Assembly: GCF_001412615.1 (NCBI RefSeq)
Contig: NZ_CP013011.1
Coordinates: 330,001-362,000 of the forward strand
Origin: Pyrodictium delaneyi
GTDB taxonomy: Archaea > Thermoproteota > Thermoprotei_A > Sulfolobales > Pyrodictiaceae
DNA length: 32,000 bases
Direction: 5' to 3'
The position numbers and the translations under genes are program-made. A model generated the notes under the pieces. The model worked only from the letters and a program-made list of their open reading frames with translations, made no database searches and was not told the origin of the DNA. Positions 1 through 7,998 of the stretch are shown here, piece after piece. Numbering within the stretch: the stretch's first letter is position 1; each line of letters opens with the position of its first letter.

Positions 1-5
1 TGGTA

Positions 6-452
6 GTGCCCGGCGCTATCGTGGCCTCTAGCCTCCGCAAACCAACAGTCTTCATTAACCCGGCTTTCCGCGACCCCGCCTGGGACTGGGCAGAGCTAGC
101 ATACAACATTGGCCACTGGCACATACTCCTCGCCGCGTGGGGCATTGTCCTCCTCCTAGCCGCGCTCGCGACACAAGAGTACACCAGGACGAGGAGAGTA
201 GCTATCCTAGGCGGGTGGCTAGCCCTAGCAGGCTTCACTGCTGCACCGGTGACCGTGAACCTCTACATGCTCGGCAACCCGCCGGAGCCCTACCAGCCAA
301 ACCCCTACGACAACATCTGGCTACGGCTCCTAGTCGAGCCCTCACTAGCAGTCATGGCGGCTGGCGTAGCACTAGCCTACCTCGCGGTCGTGTACGAGGA
401 GGCACAGGCCTCCCTCCGAGGGCTAGCACCTAGAGCCTTTGAGAAGAAATAG
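6..452 (+). CDS. Hydrophobic membrane protein of unknown function, possibly the 3' part of a gene starting upstream of the window
   Basis: The frame stays open back to base 3, so the GTG at 6 is only the first possible start. The translation has several hydrophobic helices (WHILLAAWGIVLLLAALA, VAILGGWLALAGFTAAPV, LAVMAAGVALAYLAVV). No family motif recognised. Confidence 0.5.
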   Translation: MPGAIVASSLRKPTVFINPAFRDPAWDWAELAYNIGHWHILLAAWGIVLLLAALATQEYTRTRRVAILGGWLALAGFTAAPVTVNLYMLGNPPEPYQPNPYDNIWLRLLVEPSLAVMAAGVALAYLAVVYEEAQASLRGLAPRAFEKK

Positions 453-474
453 AGGCGCGTAAACAATGGCGAGG

Positions 475-1191
475 TTACACTAGCGGTTCAGCCTCGACGC
501 GTAGTACCGTTGCCTCGCCTAGGCGTACGAGCATACCCGGCTTTAGAACTGCCCTATCTACTCTCCTGAATACCGCTTCACCGGGGTCGTAGATGTAAGT
601 GCCGTTTGTGCTACCCAGGTCCTCGAGCACCACCTTGTCGTCCTCGATGTATACTAGCGCGTGGCGCCGCGACACACTCGGGTCGGGTACTACTATGACG
701 TTTTCCAGGCTCCTGCCGAGGCTTATCCTGCCGTAGACCTCGAACTGTAGGGGGATCTTCATCCCCATGAGTTCCGTGACGGGACTATTTATGACGACTA
801 GATAGTAGCGATGCGTCCTAGGGTTGGGTGGTGCCTCTGTCCCAGCCGTTTGCTCGGCTTCACCGGCCTCGGGGCTAGGAGTCTCCGGTACTCCATGCTC
901 CGCAGTGGCAGCCTCCATACTCTCCGCTTCTCCTGGCGTTTCCGTTTCGGCCTCTACCGCCTCAGCCGCTTCTGGTGCTTGCGCTTCCGCCATCGTCCTG
1001 CCCGGCATGCCTGCTGTAGTCTCCGCCTCTGTTGCCCTGGGCTCTATATCCCGGGGCGTGCCGCATACTAGGCAGCGGTCCGCGTCATCAGGGTTCTCTG
1101 CACCGCATACACTACACTTCCAAGGCACACCAGAAGCACCAGGGGGAATATCTAGCCAGCTTGGAGGATAAGAGCGTACACACGCAACCAC
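475..1191 (-). CDS. Zinc-ribbon plus FHA-domain phosphothreonine-binding protein (ArnA-like architecture)
   Basis: N-terminal CSVCGAENPDDADRCLVCG (CxxC-x10-CxxC). An acidic Ala/Glu/Thr/Pro low-complexity linker follows. C-terminal FHA core is GRSLENVIVVPDPSVSRRHALVYIEDDKVVLEDLGSTNGTYI (G-R ... S-x-x-H ... N-G). The GTG at 1191 is the only start upstream of the zinc ribbon. Confidence 0.85.
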   Translation of the reverse strand: MVACVRSYPPSWLDIPPGASGVPWKCSVCGAENPDDADRCLVCGTPRDIEPRATEAETTAGMPGRTMAEAQAPEAAEAVEAETETPGEAESMEAATAEHGVPETPSPEAGEAEQTAGTEAPPNPRTHRYYLVVINSPVTELMGMKIPLQFEVYGRISLGRSLENVIVVPDPSVSRRHALVYIEDDKVVLEDLGSTNGTYIYDPGEAVFRRVDRAVLKPGMLVRLGEATVLRVEAEPLV

Positions 1192-1264
1192 TCAGCAGCC
1201 AGCAGCTCTGAGTTCTTTACCCTCCCGCTCCGCTGCTAACACGTGTCTACAAGGGCTCATAGCC

Positions 1265-1828
1265 GTGGAGCAGCAGAGCCGCCTTATAGTCCTCGTCTCG
1301 GGCATGCCGGGCAGCGGCAAGAGCATGTTCTCCAGTATCGCCAGGAACATGGGGATACCCGTCTACGTCATGGGCGACGTGATAAGGGAGGAGGCGCGGC
1401 GACGGGGGCTTGAGCCGACACCCGCCAACCTCAACATGATCGCGCGCCTCCTGAGAGAGGAGTATGGCCCTGCAGTAGTGGCCGAGCGTATAGCGGAGAA
1501 GCTGCGGGAGGATCCCAGCCCCGTGGTGCTCATCGATGGTGTCCGGAGCCTCGTAGAGGTCGAGGTGTTCGAGAAGCTCGGCAGAGTAGTCATAGTGGCT
1601 GTCCACGCTTCGCCCCGGACACGTTTCGAGAGGCTACGGCGGCGTGGCCGCCCAGGAGACCCCCAGACCTGGGAGGAGTTCCGGCAGCGCGACCTCACCG
1701 AGCTAGGCTTTGGCTTGGGAAGCGTCATAGCCTTAGCTGACTACATGCTGGTAAACGAGGGCCCTGCTACAGAGTTCAAGGAGAAAGCCCGGATGCTCTT
1801 AGCCGGGCTCGTAGCAGACGGAAGCTAA
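1265..1828 (+). CDS. Small archaeal P-loop nucleotide kinase (UPF0200 / adenylate- or dephospho-CoA-kinase-like)
   Basis: Walker A VSGMPGSGKS near the N-terminus, followed by MGDVIREEARRRGLEPT, typical of the small archaeal kinase family. 187 aa. Divergent from the FHA gene. Confidence 0.75.
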   Translation: MEQQSRLIVLVSGMPGSGKSMFSSIARNMGIPVYVMGDVIREEARRRGLEPTPANLNMIARLLREEYGPAVVAERIAEKLREDPSPVVLIDGVRSLVEVEVFEKLGRVVIVAVHASPRTRFERLRRRGRPGDPQTWEEFRQRDLTELGFGLGSVIALADYMLVNEGPATEFKEKARMLLAGLVADGS

Positions 1829-1886
1829 GGCTATTCCGTCAAGAGGGCTGGGAATGTAGGAAAAGGGAGGAAGAAGCAAGCTAGAG

Positions 1887-3218
1887 CTAGGCTGTTAGCG
1901 GTGAGTCGCTGGATAATGTTGAGCCCTTGGCGAGCATCTTGGGGAGGTCTTCTTCGGGGGTGCTTATTAGCCGTAGGTCGAACTTCTTCCTCAGCTCCTC
2001 GAATACGCTGGGCGTGAGGAACTCGGGGGGCTTCGGCCCTATGTATATCCCCTTTATGCCTAGGTATAGGAGTGTGTAGAGTATCGCGACAGCCTTCTGC
2101 TCCATCCAGCTCAACACTATGCTTACTGGTAGCTGGTTGAGGTCCTTTCCGAGCCTCTTTGCCAGCTCGGCTGCCAGCACTATTATCGAGTAGACGTTGT
2201 TGCACTGGCCGAAGTCCATGAACCGTGGTATACCCTCTATGGTGCCGTAGTCGCGGCGGTTGTAGCGGAACTTTCCACAAGCAGCTGTGAGTATTATCGA
2301 GTCCTTCGGCACCATCTGGGTGAGCTTCTCGTAGTAGCTCATCTTGGGGTTAGGTACGTCGCAGCCACCTATGACGAATATGTGGCGTATCTTACCCTCG
2401 TTTATTAGGTCTATCACCTTGTCTATTAGCGGAAGTACATTTGTGTGATGGAACCCAGTTACTATCTTACCATTCTCGACTCTCTTCATCTTTGGCGTTT
2501 TGAGGGCGTGCTTTATCAGATTCTCGAAATTGTAGTCGTCTATGTGCGGTACCCCCTCCAGGCCCGCGATACCCGTGGTGTAGATCCTATCAGCGTACTG
2601 TTTGAGGGGCTGCAGCACACAGTTAGTGGTGCCGAGGATTACCCCGGGGAACTCGCTAAACTCCTGCTTCTGGTAGACCCAGCTTCCTCCCCAGTTGCCG
2701 TAGAGCGCCTTGAACTCGCGGATCCTTGGATAGGAGTGTGCCGGGAGCATCTCGGAGTGCGTGTAGACCTTTATTTCGTCCTCGAGCCCCATCTCCCTGA
2801 TCTGCTTGAGTAGCTCGTATAGCGCCTTGTAGGAGTGTCCGGTGACGAGTATTCCGTGCCCCTCCTCCGTCCCTGTGGGGACCTCGACGGGTGTCGGGGC
2901 CCCAAACGTCTCAACGTATGCCTTGTCCAGTAGCTCCATAGCCTTAAGGTGCATCCTGCCAGTCTCTAGTATTAGTTCGATGAAGCGCCCTTTGTTGAAG
3001 TTCACGTTAGTCAGTGTCGAGTACAACGCCTTGGATAGGAAGAAGCCTATCTCGTCATCCTTGTAGCCCAGTTCGTAGGCGTGGTAATAGTATGCTGCTA
3101 CGCCCTTTATTCCGTAGATGAGAGCCTCCTGGAGCGAGTTGAGGTCCGGGTCTTTACCACAGACGCCTGCTATTGTACAACCGCCTGGCAAACTCATGCT
3201 GCATTGGTTACACTTCAT
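1887..3218 (-). CDS. hcp: Hybrid-cluster (prismane) protein / hydroxylamine reductase, short archaeal class
   Basis: From the internal ATG at 3218 the protein begins MKCNQCSMSLPGGCTIAGVCGK, the Cx2Cx7Cx5C N-terminal cluster motif of Hcp. At 443 aa it fits the short class. The 36 extra N-terminal codons in the track ORF (to 3326) run into the AT-rich promoter region and are not credited. Confidence 0.85.
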   Translation of the reverse strand: MKCNQCSMSLPGGCTIAGVCGKDPDLNSLQEALIYGIKGVAAYYYHAYELGYKDDEIGFFLSKALYSTLTNVNFNKGRFIELILETGRMHLKAMELLDKAYVETFGAPTPVEVPTGTEEGHGILVTGHSYKALYELLKQIREMGLEDEIKVYTHSEMLPAHSYPRIREFKALYGNWGGSWVYQKQEFSEFPGVILGTTNCVLQPLKQYADRIYTTGIAGLEGVPHIDDYNFENLIKHALKTPKMKRVENGKIVTGFHHTNVLPLIDKVIDLINEGKIRHIFVIGGCDVPNPKMSYYEKLTQMVPKDSIILTAACGKFRYNRRDYGTIEGIPRFMDFGQCNNVYSIIVLAAELAKRLGKDLNQLPVSIVLSWMEQKAVAILYTLLYLGIKGIYIGPKPPEFLTPSVFEELRKKFDLRLISTPEEDLPKMLAKGSTLSSDSPLTA

Positions 3219-3253
3219 AATTATTTTTTGACCGCTCAAGACAGCCCACCATG

Positions 3254-3269
3254 TATGACGCGTGTCATA
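3254..3269. promoter_or_regulatory. Inverted repeat TATGAC-gcgt-GTCATA in the hcp/regulator divergent intergenic region; candidate operator
   Basis: Perfect 6-bp arms with a 4-nt spacer, read directly. It lies 36-51 nt upstream of the hcp ATG (3218), between that ATG and the TATATATAAA box at 3292-3301. Confidence 0.4.
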
Positions 3270-3291
3270 TCGGCACACACGCCGACATACG

Positions 3292-3301
3292 TATATATAA
3301 A
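3292..3301 (-). promoter_or_regulatory. TATA-like box (TATATATAAA / TTTATATATA), candidate hcp promoter
   Basis: Strongest AT-only element in the 180-bp divergent region, about 75-85 nt upstream of the hcp ATG. This implies a leadered transcript starting near the inverted repeat. Confidence 0.4.
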
Positions 3302-3371
3302 TCTTTCGAAACACACTATGTATCATAATATTCTATAATATAGAAAACTGGAAAAGCCCGCAGACTCCAGG

Positions 3372-3379
3372 TATATAAG
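3372..3379 (+). promoter_or_regulatory. TATA box (TATATAAG) for the HTH regulator gene
   Basis: Centred about 23-24 nt upstream of the ATG at 3399. This is the geometry of a leaderless or near-leaderless archaeal transcript. Confidence 0.55.
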
Positions 3380-3398
3380 ACTAGCAGAGGAGTATACA

Positions 3399-3806
3399 AT
3401 GAAGATCAACGCCTTCGAATTAGCCTCCCGTTATGTCTATCCCTCGGTGAGAAGACGTCTCGTCGAGAAGCTTAGCGAGAAAGGTCTAACCCAGACAGAA
3501 ATAGCTAAGCTACTTCGCATAACTCAGTCAGCGGTTTCCCGTTATCTATCGGTAGAACGAGGCCACGCGTTAGACCTCAAGTCCTATTCAGACATAGATG
3601 AACAGCTAGAAAAATTAGCAGAAGAGATAGTTTCAAGAAAGCCCGACGAATACCACATACACTACCAACTGGTACGCATAACGCTTGAAGTACTTAGACG
3701 AGGTTATGCATGCCAGCTCCACGCCATGGTAGATCCTGGGCTTGACCCCGCGAAGTGCAGAGCATGTATAGAATTATTCAATTCTCCACAGCTAGCATCG
3801 TACTAG
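3399..3806 (+). CDS. HTH transcriptional regulator with a C-terminal Cys triad
   Basis: Helix-turn-helix LTQTEIAKLLRITQSAVSRYL. The C-terminal part carries C-x14-C-x2-C (YACQLH...AKCRACIELF). Divergently transcribed from hcp. Confidence 0.7.
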   Translation: MKINAFELASRYVYPSVRRRLVEKLSEKGLTQTEIAKLLRITQSAVSRYLSVERGHALDLKSYSDIDEQLEKLAEEIVSRKPDEYHIHYQLVRITLEVLRRGYACQLHAMVDPGLDPAKCRACIELFNSPQLASY

Positions 3807-3903
3807 GGTATAGTATCTGGCAGGATACATGTTGTTGTACAAGAATATTCTACGGGCAGAAGGAGCAACAACCACTAGAAAACAGCAGAAGCCAGCTAAC
3901 GTT

Positions 3904-4299
3904 CTACACGTGCAAAGACATACTCGATTCCAGTATACCTGTCTCTGCAGCCTGCCTCTCTAAGCCGAGAACTTCAGCTATAGTGGCTGCCAGTTTGTAT
4001 ATTGTGCTCCTAGTTTCCGGCCGTAGTATGCTGAGATCAGCGTACAGCTTCGCTGTGGCTAGATCCTCGTAGACTATCCCCGCCCTGCGATATAGCCGGA
4101 GCTCGGTCAGCACATCACGCAGAGTGTAGCCCGGAGGCTGGAGCCCCGTCTCCTCTAGATAGCGGAGGTCGTCAAGGAGCTTGTGCAGCGTTGCTGGCTC
4201 CACGGCGAGTCTTGCTAGTATGTTTAGCCTTAGCGCCTCAGCAGCTTTTTCGGCGCCGCTGCCCTCATCCATGACCGTCGACGGATAGATGACGAGCAT
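3904..4299 (-). CDS. Hypothetical protein (131 aa), possibly winged-helix-like
   Basis: Clean ORF with ATG at 4299 and an ATTATAATTA box about 22 nt upstream. No recognisable catalytic motif. The helical segment ATLHKLLDDLRYLEETG is only suggestive of a wHTH. Confidence 0.5.
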   Translation of the reverse strand: MLVIYPSTVMDEGSGAEKAAEALRLNILARLAVEPATLHKLLDDLRYLEETGLQPPGYTLRDVLTELRLYRRAGIVYEDLATAKLYADLSILRPETRSTIYKLAATIAEVLGLERQAAETGILESSMSLHV

Positions 4300-4316
4300 G
4301 CTTTACGCCACCCAGG

Positions 4317-4326
4317 ATTATAATTA
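4317..4326 (-). promoter_or_regulatory. TATA box for the 3904-4299 gene
   Basis: ATTATAATTA centred about 22 nt upstream of the ATG at 4299 (leaderless geometry). Confidence 0.5.
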
Positions 4327-4638
4327 ACGACTAATCAAGGCTAGAACCCCTAGGGCGCAATAGTCCCCGGGTATAGCGTCCAAAGATATGTAGAAGATAC
4401 ACTCACTAGCTCGTCTCCGTGGGCGGTGAGGAGCCAGGGATTATGCCTACCCACCGGGGATGACGAATCCAGCCGAGCACCGAGCCCCATATACACGGCA
4501 CGCCGAGGGTATAAGAGGCCATAGGCTCATGAACCGCTACTAGTATTATTGCGTCTCTCGGCACAGCGTCCTCTTCGCTTCTGCGACCCAGCTATAGGGG
4601 GCTACGCCGTGTAGTCCTCGGGTCTCGGGGCTGGCTCC

Positions 4639-5688
4639 GTGCCTAGCACCGGGAAGCCGAGGAGCCTAGTCCGGACGCCGGTAGCTGTTATAGCTGACTG
4701 GGACGCGGATGGCGTGACGTCAGCGGCTATGATATACTATGCCCAGTATTACCGGAAGCTGTACCCGCTCCAGGGCCGCCACGACATAGCGCTAGAGCCA
4801 GCTGGCCCCCGTGGCTTCCCCGACGCGCTCGCCAACGTGACGGCTAGCGGTAACTGCCCCGACGCCCTGGTGGTGCTCGACATCCCCCTCACGGAGAAGC
4901 TATACGAGGTGCTCAGTGGCTTCGCCAGAGAGTGCCCATCCACCAGGATAATCTATATCGACCACCACTTCTCGACGATATACATGTCGAAGCGGCTCTA
5001 CGAGCTCAGCGAGGAGGTCTACCTCGGCCACAAGCCGACAGCTGTGCTAACCTTCCAGCTACTGCGGAGCCTCGGGATACGCCATCTTACACCGAGGCTA
5101 CAAGCCTTCATGAAGGCCGTGGGTGTGCTAGAGAGGAGCAAGAAGCCCATGACTGAGGCCGAGAACCGGGTGGTCCGGCTCGCTGCAAGCATATCCAAGG
5201 CCTCCACAGTACTGCGGGACAAGGAGCTTTGGAGGAAGCTCGTCAAGTGGCTTGCTAGCCCACTACCACAAGACGCGCCAATAGACATGAATCTTGTCGA
5301 GCGCGTCCTCAAGGTTGCTGAGGAAAGCGACCGCCAGATAGAGGAGAAGGCCCGCGACCTAGCCTTCGCGGCCAAGAGGATAGGCTACATACGCTTCGTC
5401 GACGCACGGCGCAGCTGGAGTGGCCGCGGCGCGAGCGCCCTAGCCTCAAAGCTCTACAAGATGCTACGTCAACCGGTAGCCTTACTCGTACAACGCGATG
5501 ACGGTGCACTCCTACTCATAATACGTAGCCGGGGCCGCGGCGCATACCGGATGGCTATAGGACTCCTCAAGGAAGGCATAGCTGAGAACATAGGTGGTCA
5601 CGGCGGTTTAGCGGTGATAAAGCTCCAGGACAACATCGACTTGAAAGTGCTCGAAGAGAAACTTCGCCGGCTCAGTCTAAAACTCTAG
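4639..5688 (+). CDS. DHH/DHHA1-family phosphoesterase (NrnA/RecJ-like)
   Basis: VIADWDADGVTSAA (DHH motifs I-II), YIDHHFS (DHH motif III), and C-terminal GGHGGLA (DHHA1 GGGH-type motif). The GTG at 4639 must be the start because an in-frame TAG lies at 4612-4614 and motif I begins at residue ~18. Confidence 0.8.
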   Translation: MPSTGKPRSLVRTPVAVIADWDADGVTSAAMIYYAQYYRKLYPLQGRHDIALEPAGPRGFPDALANVTASGNCPDALVVLDIPLTEKLYEVLSGFARECPSTRIIYIDHHFSTIYMSKRLYELSEEVYLGHKPTAVLTFQLLRSLGIRHLTPRLQAFMKAVGVLERSKKPMTEAENRVVRLAASISKASTVLRDKELWRKLVKWLASPLPQDAPIDMNLVERVLKVAEESDRQIEEKARDLAFAAKRIGYIRFVDARRSWSGRGASALASKLYKMLRQPVALLVQRDDGALLLIIRSRGRGAYRMAIGLLKEGIAENIGGHGGLAVIKLQDNIDLKVLEEKLRRLSLKL

Positions 5689-5974
5689 GAACCATCGCCT
5701 CGTCTGTTTCTCAGCTGTCCTCGGGGATGAGGTACCCTGGGGATGCACCTCCACAGAGCCCCGCCCAGGGGCTGTGGCGACCGGACACCTCGCCGACCCC
5801 CTCCTCTACGCAACTAAATTCTAGAAGCAGTGGTAATCGTCACAGTAGGCGTCAGGTACACGTATTTCAATACACATTACTCTTCCGTCGGCTGCTACAA
5901 AATGGCGACTAAGGATTCACGTAGCCGGAACACGTCATAAGACTAAGCAAAGTTGGGGAGGACTATGGATCCTA

Positions 5975-6832
5975 TCAGCTTGGCTTTCGATCATTCGATG
6001 ATTCCTCTATGCGTATGGGCAGAGGTGCTGAGTCCCTAATATGCAGGTCTAACTGCGGGAATGGTATCTCGATACCCGCCTCTTCTAGCCTCTTCTTTAC
6101 CATTGTCTGTAGCTCTACCTTTGTTTTAAACCATACCTGTGGCGGCGCCCAGCAGCGGGCTGTGAGCACCACGGCAGAGTTAGAGTAGTCGCTGACGAAT
6201 ACCTCGGGTGCTGGGTTAACGAGGCAATAGGGGTGCTCCTCCATCATCGCGCGGAGCACTTGGATCGCCTTATCGAGGTCACTACGGTAGTGAATGCCTA
6301 TCTTTAGTTCGACGCGGCGCGCCCGGGTACGCTGGTAGTTAGTTATCAGGGCGTTGAATACCGTGGAGTTTGGTATCCTAACTATGTAGCCGTCCCACGT
6401 CCTGACCCTGGTCGAGAGAATGTTGATATCCACCACGACACCGCTCACGTTCTCCACTGTCACAGGGTCGCCTATACGGAGGGGTTGCTCTACCAGTAGG
6501 AAGATGCCGCTGATAAGGTTGGATACCGTCTGTTGCGAGGCAAGACCTACCACGAGGCCCGCGAAGCCGCCAGCTACCAGCAGGCCGGAGAGGCTTATCC
6601 CAAACGGCGATAGTGCTGAGACTATACCGAGCAACAGTATACCGTAAAACACCATATTCTCCATCGGCTTATAGACGTAGGTGGGGAGCCGAGGCTGAAG
6701 GCTTCTCCTCATAAACTGCCTTACAATGAGTGCCACGAAGATGCTTGCGATTATGACAGCTGCTGCTAGTGCTATATCGCTCGCTAGCGTCTCCCAACCA
6801 CCTGGGAGACTTAGAGTCATGTTAGGTGCCAC
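5975..6832 (-). CDS. Small-conductance mechanosensitive channel (MscS family)
   Basis: Three N-terminal TM helices, then the MscS core LISGIFLLVEQPLRIGDPVTVENVSGVVVDINILSTRVRTWDGYIVRIPNSTV. Confidence 0.85.
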   Translation of the reverse strand: MAPNMTLSLPGGWETLASDIALAAAVIIASIFVALIVRQFMRRSLQPRLPTYVYKPMENMVFYGILLLGIVSALSPFGISLSGLLVAGGFAGLVVGLASQQTVSNLISGIFLLVEQPLRIGDPVTVENVSGVVVDINILSTRVRTWDGYIVRIPNSTVFNALITNYQRTRARRVELKIGIHYRSDLDKAIQVLRAMMEEHPYCLVNPAPEVFVSDYSNSAVVLTARCWAPPQVWFKTKVELQTMVKKRLEEAGIEIPFPQLDLHIRDSAPLPIRIEESSNDRKPS

Positions 6833-6838
6833 GGTTCC

Positions 6839-7615
6839 TTACGCCCCCTCTAGCGTGACTACGAACACTTGTGGTAGCAATCCACCTGCTCGTAGGCGGG
6901 CACGTCTTGCTTCCCTCAGTCCACTCAGTGGGGGTCTCTGAGTAGCCCTTACCGATAGTCTTAGCTGGTCTACTTCTGCCTCGATTTCAGGATAGTAAAC
7001 GAAGCTGCCGTTAGTGAACAATGGGGCACCCGCCGCGTAGAAGCCTATACCAGGGACCTTGCCGGGCGAGCCACGGAATCTTACGGAGACTAGTCCTAGG
7101 CCGCCACCTGCTGTTAATTCTCGATGGCTACTAGTAACTATGGCACGGTGGTAACGACAAACCACGCCATCAACTATATCGCCGATAAGCGTGTACTTTA
7201 CCCTGAGGGGCGAGAGGTAGCCGAGCACGATACCGTTTACGTGGACCATGAACTCGTAGGGTGCTGTAGTCCAGAAGCTGCTACGCCCGCCCGGCACGAT
7301 TAGTTGCTCCTCGAACTCTATGTAGAGGCAGTTCGAGATCCTCGAAGGCCTGTTGAGCGGGGGCACCGGGTCCATGAACACACTACTACCATGGGGGACC
7401 CGCGCCTTTATACAGCCATAGTCGTCACATGCCTCGAGCGAGCCGTCACTGCCAAGTCGTGCACGTATCCTTCCGAAGGTTAGCTCGCCGCCAGGTTCTA
7501 GTACAAGCCTTGCCCCTGGCGGCGCCTCTTCCTGCAAACCGGTACCCCTTCTAGGCCCAGTACTGCTGGCTATATAGCTGCCTCTCACTACTCTACGCAT
7601 GCTAGATAGTACCAT
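6839..7615 (-). CDS. Conserved-looking hypothetical protein (258 aa), soluble and beta-rich
   Basis: Long clean ORF ending 6 nt before the MscS start, so likely co-transcribed. No motif I can name with confidence. Confidence 0.55.
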   Translation of the reverse strand: MVLSSMRRVVRGSYIASSTGPRRGTGLQEEAPPGARLVLEPGGELTFGRIRARLGSDGSLEACDDYGCIKARVPHGSSVFMDPVPPLNRPSRISNCLYIEFEEQLIVPGGRSSFWTTAPYEFMVHVNGIVLGYLSPLRVKYTLIGDIVDGVVCRYHRAIVTSSHRELTAGGGLGLVSVRFRGSPGKVPGIGFYAAGAPLFTNGSFVYYPEIEAEVDQLRLSVRATQRPPLSGLREARRARLRAGGLLPQVFVVTLEGA

Positions 7616-7794
7616 CGCCCTTATACTCCCTCCATGGAGGTGCAGTGGTCCATGCGACCCGTGTACTCATACTGCTTCTTCGCGCCACTAGGTGGGCCGC
7701 ACCTGTAACGCACTTATATACTCATGGCCCTAGGCGACTGTGTTCTCCCGGACGTCACCCCCCCACCACTACACTTTAGGAGGCTGCACGCTGC

Positions 7795-7998
7795 ATGACC
7801 AGAAGCTCTGGCCCCGTCTTTGGGCTACGCGAGGCGAGCCCTATCGGCGTAATAGGTGCAGCAGGATTAGCAATCAGTGCTGCTGGCAATATTCTCGCGG
7901 GAAGTGCCATGGGTGCCGCTCTACTAGGCTGGCTCTTCACAAGCCTAGCAAGCGATGCGCTTGCATACCGTCTTGGGGGCACCGAGTCCTACGTATAA
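7795..7998 (+). CDS. Small hydrophobic protein (67 aa), first of three tandem small membrane ORFs
   Basis: ATG preceded by AGGAGG about 12 nt upstream. Gly/Ala-rich hydrophobic stretch PIGVIGAAGLAISAAGNILAGSAMGAALLGWLF. Its stop overlaps the next ATG (TAATG). Confidence 0.35.
   Translation: MTRSSGPVFGLREASPIGVIGAAGLAISAAGNILAGSAMGAALLGWLFTSLASDALAYRLGGTESYV

Noticed and set aside
137-433. Alternate-frame ORF (98 aa, Arg/Pro/Ser-rich) inside the 6-452 membrane ORF
   Set aside because: Low-complexity Arg/Pro/Ser composition typical of an out-of-frame reading of GC-rich coding DNA. It is fully nested in a better hydrophobic ORF.
811-1171. Two plus-strand ORFs (811-1071, 824-1171) antisense to the FHA gene
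   Set aside because: They are antisense shadows of the acidic Ala/Glu linker and give Ser/Ala/Cys/Arg-rich nonsense. The minus-strand frame carries clear zinc-ribbon and FHA motifs.
1247-1728. Minus-strand ORFs (1247-1606, 1363-1728) overlapping the P-loop kinase gene
   Set aside because: The plus-strand frame has a Walker A motif and family-typical sequence. The antisense translations are Arg/Ser/Pro-rich with no motifs.
1831-2280. 149-aa alternate-frame ORF overlapping the hcp 3' end
   Set aside because: Nested in hcp on the same strand in another frame. Arg/Pro/His-rich low-complexity translation.
3219-3326. 36-codon N-terminal extension of hcp in the track ORF (MIHSVFRKIYIYVCRR...)
   Set aside because: It is encoded by the AT-rich promoter region and contains the TATA box. 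The Hcp cluster motif starts right at the internal MKCNQC.
2445-3338. Plus-strand ORFs antisense to hcp (2445-2813, 2842-3066, 3081-3338)
   Set aside because: Antisense shadows of a confidently identified gene, with no motifs.
3755-4072. 105-aa ORF bridging the regulator 3' end and the 3904-4299 gene
   Set aside because: It overlaps two better-supported genes, has no upstream promoter element, and its translation is Cys/Ser-rich with no pattern.
4749-5509. Several antisense or alternate-frame ORFs inside the DHH gene (4749-4943, 4932-5156, 5019-5375, 5309-5509)
   Set aside because: The plus-strand frame carries DHH and DHHA1 motifs. These are Arg/Ser-rich shadows.
5727-5912. 61-aa intergenic ORF (Pro/Ser/Arg-rich) downstream of the DHH gene
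   Set aside because: Low-complexity translation with no promoter or SD context. The nearby imperfect hairpin CCACAGAGCCCC-gccca-GGGGCTGTGG more likely marks a 3' flank.
7740-7997. 5' two-thirds of track ORF 7740-8150, and the antisense ORF 7776-7982
   Set aside because: The translation (Cys/Arg/Trp-rich) is non-hydrophobic and overlaps the better 7795-7998 frame, which has an AGGAGG upstream. Only the part after the ATG at 7998 is credited.
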